Assembly: GCA_963841735.1 (NCBI GenBank)
Contig: CAWJDT010000001.1
Coordinates: forward strand, 1,312,001-1,376,000
DNA: 64,000 nucleotides
Origin: an uncultured Actinomycetes bacterium
GTDB lineage: Bacteria; Actinomycetota; Thermoleophilia; RBG-16-64-13
Reading direction: 5' to 3'
Shown here: positions 48,226 to 57,411 of the stretch, piece after piece
Layout: every line of letters begins with the position of its first letter
Numbering within the stretch: position 1 is the stretch's first letter
Notes under the pieces: model-generated
The model's database searches: none
What the model was told of the DNA's origin: nothing
The model's input: the letters and a program-made list of their open reading frames with translations, nothing else
Program-made: the position numbers and the translations under genes

Positions 48226-48414
48226 ACCCTGGCTGTCGCCCGACCTTGCGAAGAGGTTGGATGGATGCTTTCTTGTATGGTGTTTGCCGGGTGGCAACAG
48301 CCATTCATGAACTCCCGGCCATTGCGTACACGCGCGGAATGAGACTGACTGGGGCGGGTCGGATTCTGAGTCAGGACTGCACGGTGAAAACGAGAACAAG
48401 AAGGAGCCGATAAG

Positions 48415-50097
48415 TTGAAGACAAGAACAGGAACACTCTGCCTTCTGATCGCCTGCGCTATGGCTCTGATGTTCACTCTTGCGGGCTGCGGTGGATCAAG
48501 TGAAACCACGGCGGCCGCGATAGATCCCGAAGACGAAGCGCTCTCGTTTGCCGGTGTGGCTGGTGAAAAGTACGACGTGATGCTCGACGGGGCACCTATC
48601 GGCATAACCAAGTACTTGGTCACCTACGTTGCCAGTCCTATTCAGATGTCCGATGAGGTGGCAGTCAAAGACGACACCACGCAGTCGAAGATGGACCTCT
48701 ATGCAAGGCAGAAGATGTACATCTATGTGCCTGACGTCTCGGCTGATGATCAGGGCGCGGCTATCATCCTGCAGGTGGACAACGCTGGTTGGGTGAGCAG
48801 CCCGGTGCGGGACGTTCTGCCGGTAGGCAGCAAGGCGGTCAGCAATTCGGACAAGGACCCACTCGGTGCCGCCTTGAAGGCCGGTTACATCATCGTCAGG
48901 GCCGGCACGCGCAGCCGCGGACTCACTGCCGCGGACGGCACGTATGCCGGTCATGCTCCGGCGGTCGTCGTAGACGCAAAAGCGGCGATACGGTACCTCA
49001 AGCTCAATGACGAGAAGATGCCCGGATCGGCAGGCAGGATCGTCATCACCGGGACAAGCGGCGGCGGTGGCCTCTCGGTGGCAGTGGCGGCCAGCGGTAA
49101 CAGCCCCGACTACTACCCGTATCTGCAAGAGATCGGGGCCGCGGGAATCGACGCGAACGGCAATAGCACGCTCACCGACGACGTATTCGCAACGGTCGCC
49201 TATTGCCCGATCACCGACCTCGACCACGCGGACATCGCCTACGAGTGGCAGTATGGAGCGACGAGGCTGCTTGGTGACTACACCAAAGGCGAGCCTGAGA
49301 CCCCGGTTTCCGATGACATGAAGGCTGTATCCGCGGAACTTGCGGCCCAATACCCCGCGTATCTTGCCGGCCTCGGGCTGAAGCTCGATGATGGCACGGC
49401 GCTTACCGCCGAAACCATGCCGAGCGCGATTGAAGCGCTGGTAAGAGCCGGAGTCGAAAAGGCGATGGCAGGCGGCGATACTGTGCCGGATCTGGGCGAA
49501 CAGTGGACATTCGGCGCCAGTAGTGCGACCAACGAATGGCTGGATGTTGACAATGACGCTGACACCGTTGTGAGTATCGACTACACCAAGTACCTTGAAT
49601 TCGTAGTCACGATGACTCAGCTCAAGACGGCCCCCGCGTTCGAGAGCTATGGCACGCCGCTCCAGGGCATAATGAATGAGTCCAGCCTCGCCGGCGACGA
49701 AACACAGGAGTACAACCACTGGTTGCGTTGGTCGTGGGAAAACGACGCCAAGCCCGGTAACGGAGTAGGTTTGGACGACACCGCACTAGCCTTTGATCAG
49801 TTCATGAGCACCGACGCCGGCAAGGCAGTGACGAAGCAGATGAAAATGATCAACCCGCTGCCATACCTCTTGAGCAACGAAGAAGGCGACAGCGCGCCGT
49901 ACTGGTATGTCCGTCACGGAATGCGCGACCGCGACACGTCATTTGCAGTCGAGGTGGCGTTGTTCTACGCGATCCAGAGCGATCCGACCGTCAAGGGTGC
50001 CAACTACGCACTGGCCTACATGCAACCGCACGCCGGCGACTACGACGTCCAGGAGGCCTACGCCTGGCTCGCGGGAGTCTTGGCGACGGCGGAGTAG
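48415..50097 (+). CDS. Subtype-B tannase-like alpha/beta-hydrolase lipoprotein
   Basis: Lipobox LAGC; DAKAAIRYL, GTSGGG, YCPITDL.HAD.AYEW, RHG..DRDTS and H.GDY. Confidence 0.82.
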   Translation: MKTRTGTLCLLIACAMALMFTLAGCGGSSETTAAAIDPEDEALSFAGVAGEKYDVMLDGAPIGITKYLVTYVASPIQMSDEVAVKDDTTQSKMDLYARQKMYIYVPDVSADDQGAAIILQVDNAGWVSSPVRDVLPVGSKAVSNSDKDPLGAALKAGYIIVRAGTRSRGLTAADGTYAGHAPAVVVDAKAAIRYLKLNDEKMPGSAGRIVITGTSGGGGLSVAVAASGNSPDYYPYLQEIGAAGIDANGNSTLTDDVFATVAYCPITDLDHADIAYEWQYGATRLLGDYTKGEPETPVSDDMKAVSAELAAQYPAYLAGLGLKLDDGTALTAETMPSAIEALVRAGVEKAMAGGDTVPDLGEQWTFGASSATNEWLDVDNDADTVVSIDYTKYLEFVVTMTQLKTAPAFESYGTPLQGIMNESSLAGDETQEYNHWLRWSWENDAKPGNGVGLDDTALAFDQFMSTDAGKAVTKQMKMINPLPYLLSNEEGDSAPYWYVRHGMRDRDTSFAVEVALFYAIQSDPTVKGANYALAYMQPHAGDYDVQEAYAWLAGVLATAE

Positions 50098-50101
50098 GGC
50101 G

Positions 50102-50150
50102 GGTCAACACTTAGTCGCAACACCTTCGCTGACGCGCTGGGACGTTAGTG
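50102..50150 (+). repeat. Degenerate attC-like site 5
   Basis: GCTGACGCGCTGGGACGTTAG matches the right half of attC2. Confidence 0.5.
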
Positions 50151-50229
50151 TCGCCGGTCCGGCCCCAGGAATGAGTACAGGTCGTGCGTCAGGAACTGCA
50201 CCCGGTCTTCTCCGCCTGATGCGGGCAGA

Positions 50230-52779
50230 CTACGGGTTGCCGCTTGTCCAGGCAGCAGCGTGCGGGTTCTCGCCCTCCCGACGCGACCATCCGACTGCGA
50301 CTAGGCGGTCGCCGATGCCGACGACGTCGGAGACTATGCCGTAGAGAGCCAAGTGGTCGTTGGCCCCGCCTGCCTGGGGAAGCGGTTCCCACCGGGCCCA
50401 GAAGGCAAGGTCCGCGGTAGACCACACGGCCGGGTGATCGTGACCGGCCCTGGGGATTGCGCCGCTCACGAACAGGCGGGAGCCGATGACCGAGAGACCC
50501 GCCACTTCCCCTTCCTCGCCGGCGGCCTCGAGGGCGGAGACGGCGTCGAAGGCAATGAGGGCCCAAGATCGGAGGTCCGCAGTCACCAGCACCACCGGCG
50601 ACCAGGTGCCGTTGGTGACCCTGTCGCCGACGATCACCAAGCGGTCGTCGAATGTGATGGGGTGGGTGCTAACCCGGAAGCCGGCGAACGCGGGGTCATC
50701 CGGCAGGCGGGTCCAACCCTGCCCGTCTGGGGAGGCCCACAGCGAGAGAGACCCGGTCTTGGCGTCGGTGCGCACAAGAACGAGTTGTCCTGCCACTTCG
50801 AGGATGCCGCCCACAGGGTCGCTCCCCGGTGGTTGGGCGACGGCGGTATCGGTCCAAGTCCGGCCATCCGCGGAGGTCCACAGTGCCGGCGTGGTGAAGT
50901 CGGAGAACCCGTACGCGTACAACTGCCCGCGACCCTGCCAGATACCCTGAATGTCACCTCTGGTCGCACTCGGTACGACCGCCTTCTGCCACGAAGACAG
51001 GTCCGTAGACCACCAGATGGCTCCGCGCAAGTCCCACCCTGTCGTGATGATGGTGCCGTTGAAAGAGGCTACGCTCTCAAGGCCGATGACGACGCCCCGG
51101 GGGGGCACGGGGGCGGCGCGGCGGGACCAGATGCTCCCATCCACCGACGTCCACACGAATGCTTCCGTCGCCGCGGAGGACTGAGTGGAGTTGCTCCCGA
51201 CTGCGACGATCCCGTTCTCACCGGCGACCGCGCTCGCGATCCAACTGAAGTCGGGCGCCTCGAACCGGGGGGCTTCACGCCAGGTACCCGTGGGCGTGAC
51301 ATCGGCTCTTGGAGAGGCGACCCAGATCGCCCCGTCCCCAGCGCCGTACGTTCCCTGCTCGCCGACCACGATGAGGGTCCCGTTCTGGGCGAGAGCGTGG
51401 TGAGGATACTGAGGACCGGGGAGCGCCCCCACTGCTCCCTGATGCCAGGTGGACCCGTCTTTGGATTCCCACACTATGAGATCCGGATCGGTGGGCGCCC
51501 CGGTGCGGCCCACGACGACAAGGGTCCCGGCGCTCTCCACGACCGTATCCATCACGGTCCATGGACCCCGTCCGGCGAAGTTGGCGTGCAGCATGCTGGG
51601 GGTGTACTCGGTCTCGTTGCCCAATCGGATCCAGCTCTCGCCGTCGGCGGAGGTCCACACTGCCGCGACCGACGTGCCGGCTGTGGTCTGATCGGCGCCT
51701 ACAGCTACAAACCCGGGACTCCCCGCGGCGATATCCCAGGCGAACACCCTGGCATCGGCATTGGCCGGGTTGAAGTCGCTGACCGCGGTGGTGAGATTGA
51801 CGTGGTCTACCCGGGTGAACCCGCTGCCGACCGCGCCGCGCCAGATGCCGGCATTCGGACGATCCTCGCCTGTAGCGACCATCACACCATCGGAAACCGC
51901 GACGCCCAACATCTGCTGGACCCCGGGTTCGGCGATCGTACCCGCCACCCAGAGGGAACCGTCGGAACTAGTCCACCACGCAGAATCGATGTCGCCGTTG
52001 TTGTTTACCAACCCGACGGCTACATATCCGCCTGGGTACGCCACCAGATCGGAAATCTGCTGAGCTCCGGCCGGAAGGATGCCGTCCGGGGCGGGCTGGC
52101 GGACCCAGGTGATGCCGTCGTCCGAGGTCCATGCCGCGAACACAGGCGGGTCGGTCAGGCTCCGGCCTACCCCCACCAGAGTCCCGTCGGGTGCCGACAC
52201 CACATGGAGCAGATGCGCCCCCTCCAGACCAAGGGCAGGCTCCGGGGTCCACGACACGCCATCGGGGCTCATCCACACCGTCGCCTGAGCCGAGATGCCG
52301 ACCGCGACATAGCCTTCACCGAGCGCGGCAACGTCCCACAGACTTTGACCACCCTCGCCACCGAGACCCGCGTCGGCGACCGTGTGCCAAGCTGCCCCCG
52401 ATACCGTCACCGGCCCCGGTAGCGGGACCGTCGTGACAGGCGCGGATGTCGAGGGTGGGGTGGTGCTCGAGGTCGAAGACGACACCGCACCCGACGTCTG
52501 AAGAGTCGACGATGTCACCGGCAGCGTCGCCGCTGCTCCGTCGTCTTTTCCTCCGCGGGTGAGCATGAACACGATCGCCACGGCAGCGGCAGCCAGAACC
52601 ACCACGACTATAAGGGTCACCCACAACCCCACATGAGACCGAACTGGGGGCGGAGGTAGCGGCTGCCCCTGTATCGGTACCCTTCCGGGAGCGCCGCACA
52701 CCTTGCAGAACCGGTCGCCCGCCGAAATGGGATGTCCGTTCACACAAAACACTGCCGTCCCCTTTGGTCGCTCCACCAT
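50230..52779 (-). CDS. Zn-ribbon / TM / Ser-Thr linker / Asp-box repeat surface protein
   Basis: C.NGH..CKVC; one TM; many W.S.DG..W repeats. Confidence 0.8.
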   Translation of the reverse strand: MVERPKGTAVFCVNGHPISAGDRFCKVCGAPGRVPIQGQPLPPPPVRSHVGLWVTLIVVVVLAAAAVAIVFMLTRGGKDDGAAATLPVTSSTLQTSGAVSSSTSSTTPPSTSAPVTTVPLPGPVTVSGAAWHTVADAGLGGEGGQSLWDVAALGEGYVAVGISAQATVWMSPDGVSWTPEPALGLEGAHLLHVVSAPDGTLVGVGRSLTDPPVFAAWTSDDGITWVRQPAPDGILPAGAQQISDLVAYPGGYVAVGLVNNNGDIDSAWWTSSDGSLWVAGTIAEPGVQQMLGVAVSDGVMVATGEDRPNAGIWRGAVGSGFTRVDHVNLTTAVSDFNPANADARVFAWDIAAGSPGFVAVGADQTTAGTSVAAVWTSADGESWIRLGNETEYTPSMLHANFAGRGPWTVMDTVVESAGTLVVVGRTGAPTDPDLIVWESKDGSTWHQGAVGALPGPQYPHHALAQNGTLIVVGEQGTYGAGDGAIWVASPRADVTPTGTWREAPRFEAPDFSWIASAVAGENGIVAVGSNSTQSSAATEAFVWTSVDGSIWSRRAAPVPPRGVVIGLESVASFNGTIITTGWDLRGAIWWSTDLSSWQKAVVPSATRGDIQGIWQGRGQLYAYGFSDFTTPALWTSADGRTWTDTAVAQPPGSDPVGGILEVAGQLVLVRTDAKTGSLSLWASPDGQGWTRLPDDPAFAGFRVSTHPITFDDRLVIVGDRVTNGTWSPVVLVTADLRSWALIAFDAVSALEAAGEEGEVAGLSVIGSRLFVSGAIPRAGHDHPAVWSTADLAFWARWEPLPQAGGANDHLALYGIVSDVVGIGDRLVAVGWSRREGENPHAAAWTSGNP

Positions 52780-52986
52780 GGATCAGCCAAGGTGGGGTTC
52801 TCTAAGGGTACAGCAATGCTTGAACGCGCGGGGGGATGCTGGATGGAGTCCGAATACTGTGAACTGAGTTCTGCTCGCTGCAGCGCGGACACTTCAGCAA
52901 TCTCCAGACGCCTTATGAGCTTCGGGTCTAGCAGGAAGATACAGGCCGCGGGCAAGTCGCCGAAGCCTCTCAGAAACCTTCAGCGA

Positions 52987-53157
52987 CTACAGCTTCTTGG
53001 CGACTGACCCCACCAGCATCAAGGCAAGGCCGGCAATGGCAAACCAGAACGCGTATTGGGCCAAGCCGCCAATGATGTCATAGTGACCGAGCAAGGCAAG
53101 AACACCAAGAACCACAGCGATCACCCAGGTTACGTACTTCACAGACCTGACCTTCAT
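52987..53157 (-). CDS. Small two-TM membrane protein
   Basis: Two hydrophobic helices; RBS AAGGGGA. Confidence 0.6.
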   Translation of the reverse strand: MKVRSVKYVTWVIAVVLGVLALLGHYDIIGGLAQYAFWFAIAGLALMLVGSVAKKL

Positions 53158-53199
53158 CTTCGTATCCCCTTCCAGGTGGACATTTGTCGAGCGAGATTC

Positions 53200-53356
53200 C
53201 CAGACACCTAGCTGCGATGCTGCCGACCCCCCCAACGGCCACTCCGAAGCTGCGCCGGTCTCATCCGGTCACGCCGGCCTCTCCGAACTGGTTCATGATG
53301 AACCTGGCTACCAAGCCCGCCAAGCCACCGAAAACGATCCAGGCCAAAATCCCCAT
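53200..53356 (-). pseudogene. GlsB/YeaQ/YmgE-family remnant
   Basis: MGILAWIVFGGLAGLVA..., then an internal deletion and a premature TGA. Confidence 0.6.
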
Positions 53357-53467
53357 ATCGGAGTGTTTTCTGTCTGTCTCTCTTACTTTCTCTGGCTATA
53401 CCATTAAAAGAACAGCAATAAACCTCCGCCGGTCGACGGGTCTGATCCTAGGTGGGGCTGTCAGACA

Positions 53468-54397
53468 CTACCTGACCTTTTCGGGAGGGTCGCCGGAAGC
53501 CTCGGACTCCGTCTCGGCTGGTTCGACGTGCACCACCACGTCTGCGAGTTCTGGGAAGCGCGCACGTAGCGCGGCCTCGACGTCATGCGCGAGGCCATGT
53601 CCGTGCTCGACGGTGGTGTCGGGATCCACCAGCACGTGAAGGTCCGCCGAGATGGAGGTCTCGGGGCCGCGCGTGCGGACTTCGTGACACCCAGCTACGC
53701 CTTCGATGCTCAGGCCGATTGCGATCACTTCTTCCACCGGAAGCCGCGCGGCGTCGCTGAGTGTGCGTCCGACTCCCCTGAGGATGGTGAGAGCGGTGTA
53801 GGCGATTGCCACCGCCACCAGCAGCGCCAGCACGCCGTCGGCCTTCTCGAACCCGACCTTGACCAAGATGAGGCTCACGATCACGCCGGAACTCACCAGC
53901 ACGTCGCTGAGGGTGTGGCGGGCGTCGGCCTTGAGCACCTCGCTGCCCAGCCTTCGGCCTTCCCGGGCCTCCCAGGTGGTCACCCCGAGGTTCACAGCGA
54001 GCGTGATCGCCATCACCACGAACGAGCCGATGCCCACTCGGGCGTCGCCCTCCCCCTGAAGGCTGTTGATAGCGCCTCGAGCAACGGTGTAGCCGGCGAT
54101 TCCCAACATCGCCGCGATGGCGGCGGCGGTGAAGGTCTCGAATTTGCCGTGCCCGTAGGGGTGACTCTTGTCGGCCGGCCGGGCGGCGAACCACATGCCG
54201 ATGAGCCCGACGATGTTCGAGGCCCCGTCAAAGAAAGAGTGGATGCCGTCTGCCTGCATTGCCATCGAGTGGCTGAAAAGTCCGTACAAGAGCTTGGCCA
54301 CGGCCACGGCGATGTTGAGGGCAAGAACGACCCACAGCACGCGGCGGATATCGCGCTCGCGACCTTTTGGCCCGGCAGGCTTCTCCGCGGCGCTCAT
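53468..54397 (-). CDS. Cation diffusion facilitator (FieF-like)
   Basis: ADGIHSFFD, HPYGHGKFE, ADARHTLSD and VVHVEP. Confidence 0.93.
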   Translation of the reverse strand: MSAAEKPAGPKGRERDIRRVLWVVLALNIAVAVAKLLYGLFSHSMAMQADGIHSFFDGASNIVGLIGMWFAARPADKSHPYGHGKFETFTAAAIAAMLGIAGYTVARGAINSLQGEGDARVGIGSFVVMAITLAVNLGVTTWEAREGRRLGSEVLKADARHTLSDVLVSSGVIVSLILVKVGFEKADGVLALLVAVAIAYTALTILRGVGRTLSDAARLPVEEVIAIGLSIEGVAGCHEVRTRGPETSISADLHVLVDPDTTVEHGHGLAHDVEAALRARFPELADVVVHVEPAETESEASGDPPEKVR

Positions 54398-54398
54398 G

Positions 54399-54827
54399 CT
54401 AGATGTTGTAGACCTCACGCCCCAAAGTCTTGACCCAGTTCTGGGCCAGGATCTTCTGGGCCTCTTCGGTGCGGTCCACTCCCAGGATGACGATAGCGGC
54501 GTTGTCCATGCGGCCCAGGTGTGGATAGAGGTAGTGGACGTTTACGCCGCCGGCCCTGAGAGGCTTCAGCATGGCGTTCATGCCACCGGGATGGTCGGGG
54601 GTCACGACGGCGAGCACGTCGGTCTCCTTGGGATGGTACCCGTTGCCGGTGAGGATGTTCTTCGCCTTCTCGGGATCGTCCACCACAAAACGCACGGTGC
54701 TGATGTCGGAGGTGTCGGCCACCGAGATGGCTCGGATGTTTACGCCTTCTCGCCCCAGGACCTCGCTGACGGTGGAGAGGCTGCCGGGGCTGTTGTCGAG
54801 GCTGACAGAAAGCTGCTTAATGACCAT
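54399..54827 (-). CDS. ACT-domain protein
   Basis: IKQLSV.LDN.PG.L and DHPGG. Confidence 0.88.
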   Translation of the reverse strand: MVIKQLSVSLDNSPGSLSTVSEVLGREGVNIRAISVADTSDISTVRFVVDDPEKAKNILTGNGYHPKETDVLAVVTPDHPGGMNAMLKPLRAGGVNVHYLYPHLGRMDNAAIVILGVDRTEEAQKILAQNWVKTLGREVYNI

Positions 54828-55371
54828 AAGCCCTGTCCTTTGCGTAGTTGTAGCCCACCGCGAGGGCTTCGCGGTTGAGTTTGAGGAGCTTCGCCTTACC
54901 TTCGCCGAGTATTCCGGTGAGGTTCTCCAGCATGGCGTCGTACGAGATCACGCCGCTTGCCCTAAGGAGCCCCCCAAGCATGACCATGTTGGCCACTTTG
55001 ATGGTTCCCAGGCCCTCGGCCAACTCGCTGGTGGGAATGGCCAAGATCTCGATGTCGCTGCGGGCCGACTCGGTGTTGACCAGTGAGGAGTTGGCGCATA
55101 GCAGGCCACCGGCTTGGAGGATGCTCTGAAACCGGGCGAACGACGGTTGATTCATGGCCACCAGGAATTCGGGCTCGGAGGCTACCGGAGAGGCTATCTC
55201 CTCGTCGGAGACCACCACGGTGCAGTTGGCGGTGCCGCCCCGCACTTCGACGCCGTAGGTGGGCAGGTAGGTGACGTACTTGTTCTCGAGCATGGCAGCG
55301 GTGGCCAAAGTGGTGCCCATGGACAGGACGCCCTGGCCTCCGAATCCGGAGAATATGGTGCTTATGAGCAT
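54817..55371 (-). CDS. 2-oxoacid:ferredoxin oxidoreductase gamma subunit
   Basis: SGFGGQG and YGVEVRGGTANC. Confidence 0.92.
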   Translation of the reverse strand: MLISTIFSGFGGQGVLSMGTTLATAAMLENKYVTYLPTYGVEVRGGTANCTVVVSDEEIASPVASEPEFLVAMNQPSFARFQSILQAGGLLCANSSLVNTESARSDIEILAIPTSELAEGLGTIKVANMVMLGGLLRASGVISYDAMLENLTGILGEGKAKLLKLNREALAVGYNYAKDRAYGH

Positions 55372-56105
55372 GGCAGGTCCTTGATGACGCCCAGCGGGAA
55401 CTGCTTGGTCATGACCTCATCGATCCACTTGCAGGCCTCCAGGGGGCCCATCTTCCAGTTGACGGGGCACGGGGAGAGGATCTCGACGAGGGAGAAGCCG
55501 CGCCCGTCGAGCTGGCGCTGGAAAGCCTTGGCGATGGCCTTCTTGGTCTTCACCACCGCCGCCGGTTTGTTCACAGCCACGCGCTCCAGATAGGAGGTGC
55601 CGTCGAGCATGGCGAACACTTCGCAGACCCGAACGGGATGGCCGGCGAGGATGGGGTCTCGCCCGGCCGGCGTGGTGGTGGTCACCTGGTCGAGCAGGGT
55701 GGTCGGCGCCATCTGGCCGCCTGTCATGCCGTACACGCCGTTGTTGACGAAGATCACCGTGATGTTCTCGCCCCGGTTGGCGGCGTGAAAGCCCTCGGCG
55801 GTGCCGATGGCGGCCAGGTCGCCGTCACCCTGATACGAGAAGATCAGGTTGTCGGGCTGCACCCGCTTGATGCCCGTGGCGACGGCGGCTCCGCGGCCGT
55901 GGGCCGACTCGAGCACGTCGATCTCGAAGTAGTTGTAGAGCAACATGCCGCATCCGGCGGGAGCGACGCACACCGCCTTGCCCTGCAGGTCCATCTCCTC
56001 GATGACTTCCATCAGCAACCGGTTGATGATGCCGTGACCGCAGCCGGGGCAGTAGTGAAAGTGCGCTTCCTTCAGAAGCTTCGGCCTCTGGTAGACGGTG
56101 CTCAT
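55362..56105 (-). CDS. 2-oxoacid:ferredoxin oxidoreductase beta subunit
   Basis: YCPGCGH, YQGDGDL and NN..YGMTGGQ. Confidence 0.92.
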   Translation of the reverse strand: MSTVYQRPKLLKEAHFHYCPGCGHGIINRLLMEVIEEMDLQGKAVCVAPAGCGMLLYNYFEIDVLESAHGRGAAVATGIKRVQPDNLIFSYQGDGDLAAIGTAEGFHAANRGENITVIFVNNGVYGMTGGQMAPTTLLDQVTTTTPAGRDPILAGHPVRVCEVFAMLDGTSYLERVAVNKPAAVVKTKKAIAKAFQRQLDGRGFSLVEILSPCPVNWKMGPLEACKWIDEVMTKQFPLGVIKDLPCS

Positions 56106-57181
56106 GGCTTCTTCCTCTTGCCGGTCGACTGCGCCTGGTAGTAGTGGCGCGAGATGATGCGGAAGAGTTCGATGGGCATGGGGGTGACGCCTCCGGGTCG
56201 GCCGTAGAAGTGCACGTTGCCTTTGCCCTCCAGGGCCAGCTTGACATCGTCCACCATCTGGCCGGTGCTCATCTCAAAGACAAAGAAGTCGTCCACCGTC
56301 TTGGCCATTTCCTGCAGGGCCTCAGTGGGGAAGGGCCAGAGGGTGATGGGCCGCAACAGGCCGACCTTGAGGCCCTCTTGGCGCAGCCGCTTGACGGCAC
56401 CCTTGGCGATACGGGCGCCGATGCCGTAGGCGACCACCACCATCTCGGCGTCATCGGTGAGGAAGGTCTCGAACCGGACCTCGTTCTGCTCCATGAGCTG
56501 GAACTTTCGGAAGAGCTTCCAGTTGTGCTCCTCCTGAAGTCTGGTGTCGAATATCAACGAATGCACCTTGCGGGCCGGCCGGTCTTTGGCTCCGTCGAGC
56601 ACGTACTCCTTCGCATAGTCAGGAGGGCGGACGAGACCTTCGAAATCTATAGGCTCCATCATCTGGCCCAACATGCCGTCGCCCAGGATGACCACGGGGT
56701 TGCGGTACTTGTCGGCCAGGTCGAAGGCTAGGGGCACGATCTCGGTAAGTTCCTGCACCGAGCCGGGAGCGAGGACCACGGTCTTGTAGTCGCCATGGCC
56801 GCCGCCTCGGGTAGCCTGAGAGTAGTCTGACTGGGAGGGGGCGATGTTGCCCATGCCGGGGCCGCCCCGCATGATGTTGACGATGACGGCCGGAAGCTCG
56901 TCGGCGGCTAGATACGAGATGCCTTCTTGCTTGAGGCTGATGCCGGGCCCGCTGGAGGAAGTCATGGCTCGTGCTCCCGACACGGCCGCTCCGAGCACCA
57001 TGTTGATGGCGGCGATCTCGCTCTCCGACTGGATGAAGACGCCGCCGACCTCGGCCATGCGCTTGGCCATATACTCAGTGAGTTCGTTCTGCGGGGTGAT
57101 GGGATAGCCGAAGTAGCAGTTGCATCCGGAGAGCACTGCCGCCTCCCCAAGGGCGGCGTTGCCGCTCATGAGGCGCTTCAC
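56102..57181 (-). CDS. 2-oxoacid:ferredoxin oxidoreductase alpha subunit (Vor-type)
   Basis: GYPITPQ, QSESE, SSSGPG, RGGPG.G and LWPFP. Confidence 0.92.
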   Translation of the reverse strand: MKRLMSGNAALGEAAVLSGCNCYFGYPITPQNELTEYMAKRMAEVGGVFIQSESEIAAINMVLGAAVSGARAMTSSSGPGISLKQEGISYLAADELPAVIVNIMRGGPGMGNIAPSQSDYSQATRGGGHGDYKTVVLAPGSVQELTEIVPLAFDLADKYRNPVVILGDGMLGQMMEPIDFEGLVRPPDYAKEYVLDGAKDRPARKVHSLIFDTRLQEEHNWKLFRKFQLMEQNEVRFETFLTDDAEMVVVAYGIGARIAKGAVKRLRQEGLKVGLLRPITLWPFPTEALQEMAKTVDDFFVFEMSTGQMVDDVKLALEGKGNVHFYGRPGGVTPMPIELFRIISRHYYQAQSTGKRKKP

Positions 57182-57411
57182 AGCTTGTTCACTTCGATGG
57201 CGACATCCGGGCACATGAGTGCACAGGTGCCGCAGCCGTTGCATCCGGCTCCGTCGTCGGACGAGGTGCTGAACGCAGCTACGTAGTAGCCCTTGAGGTT
57301 GAGCTCCTCCGACAGCGAGATGCTGTCCCTGGGACAGAAGTCGATGCACAGGCCGCAGCCCTTGCAGCGCTCCTTGTCGATTTGAACGTCGCCTCTCAAC
57401 TCACCTCTCAA
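57178..57411 (-). CDS. 2x[4Fe-4S] delta subunit
   Basis: CKGCGLCIDFCP and CNGCGTCALMCP. Confidence 0.9.
   Translation of the reverse strand: MRGELRGDVQIDKERCKGCGLCIDFCPRDSISLSEELNLKGYYVAAFSTSSDDGAGCNGCGTCALMCPDVAIEVNKL

Noticed and set aside
50353-52422. 689-aa plus-strand ORF and similar long overlapping ORFs
   Set aside because: These are antisense shadows of real genes in high-GC DNA and carry no motifs.
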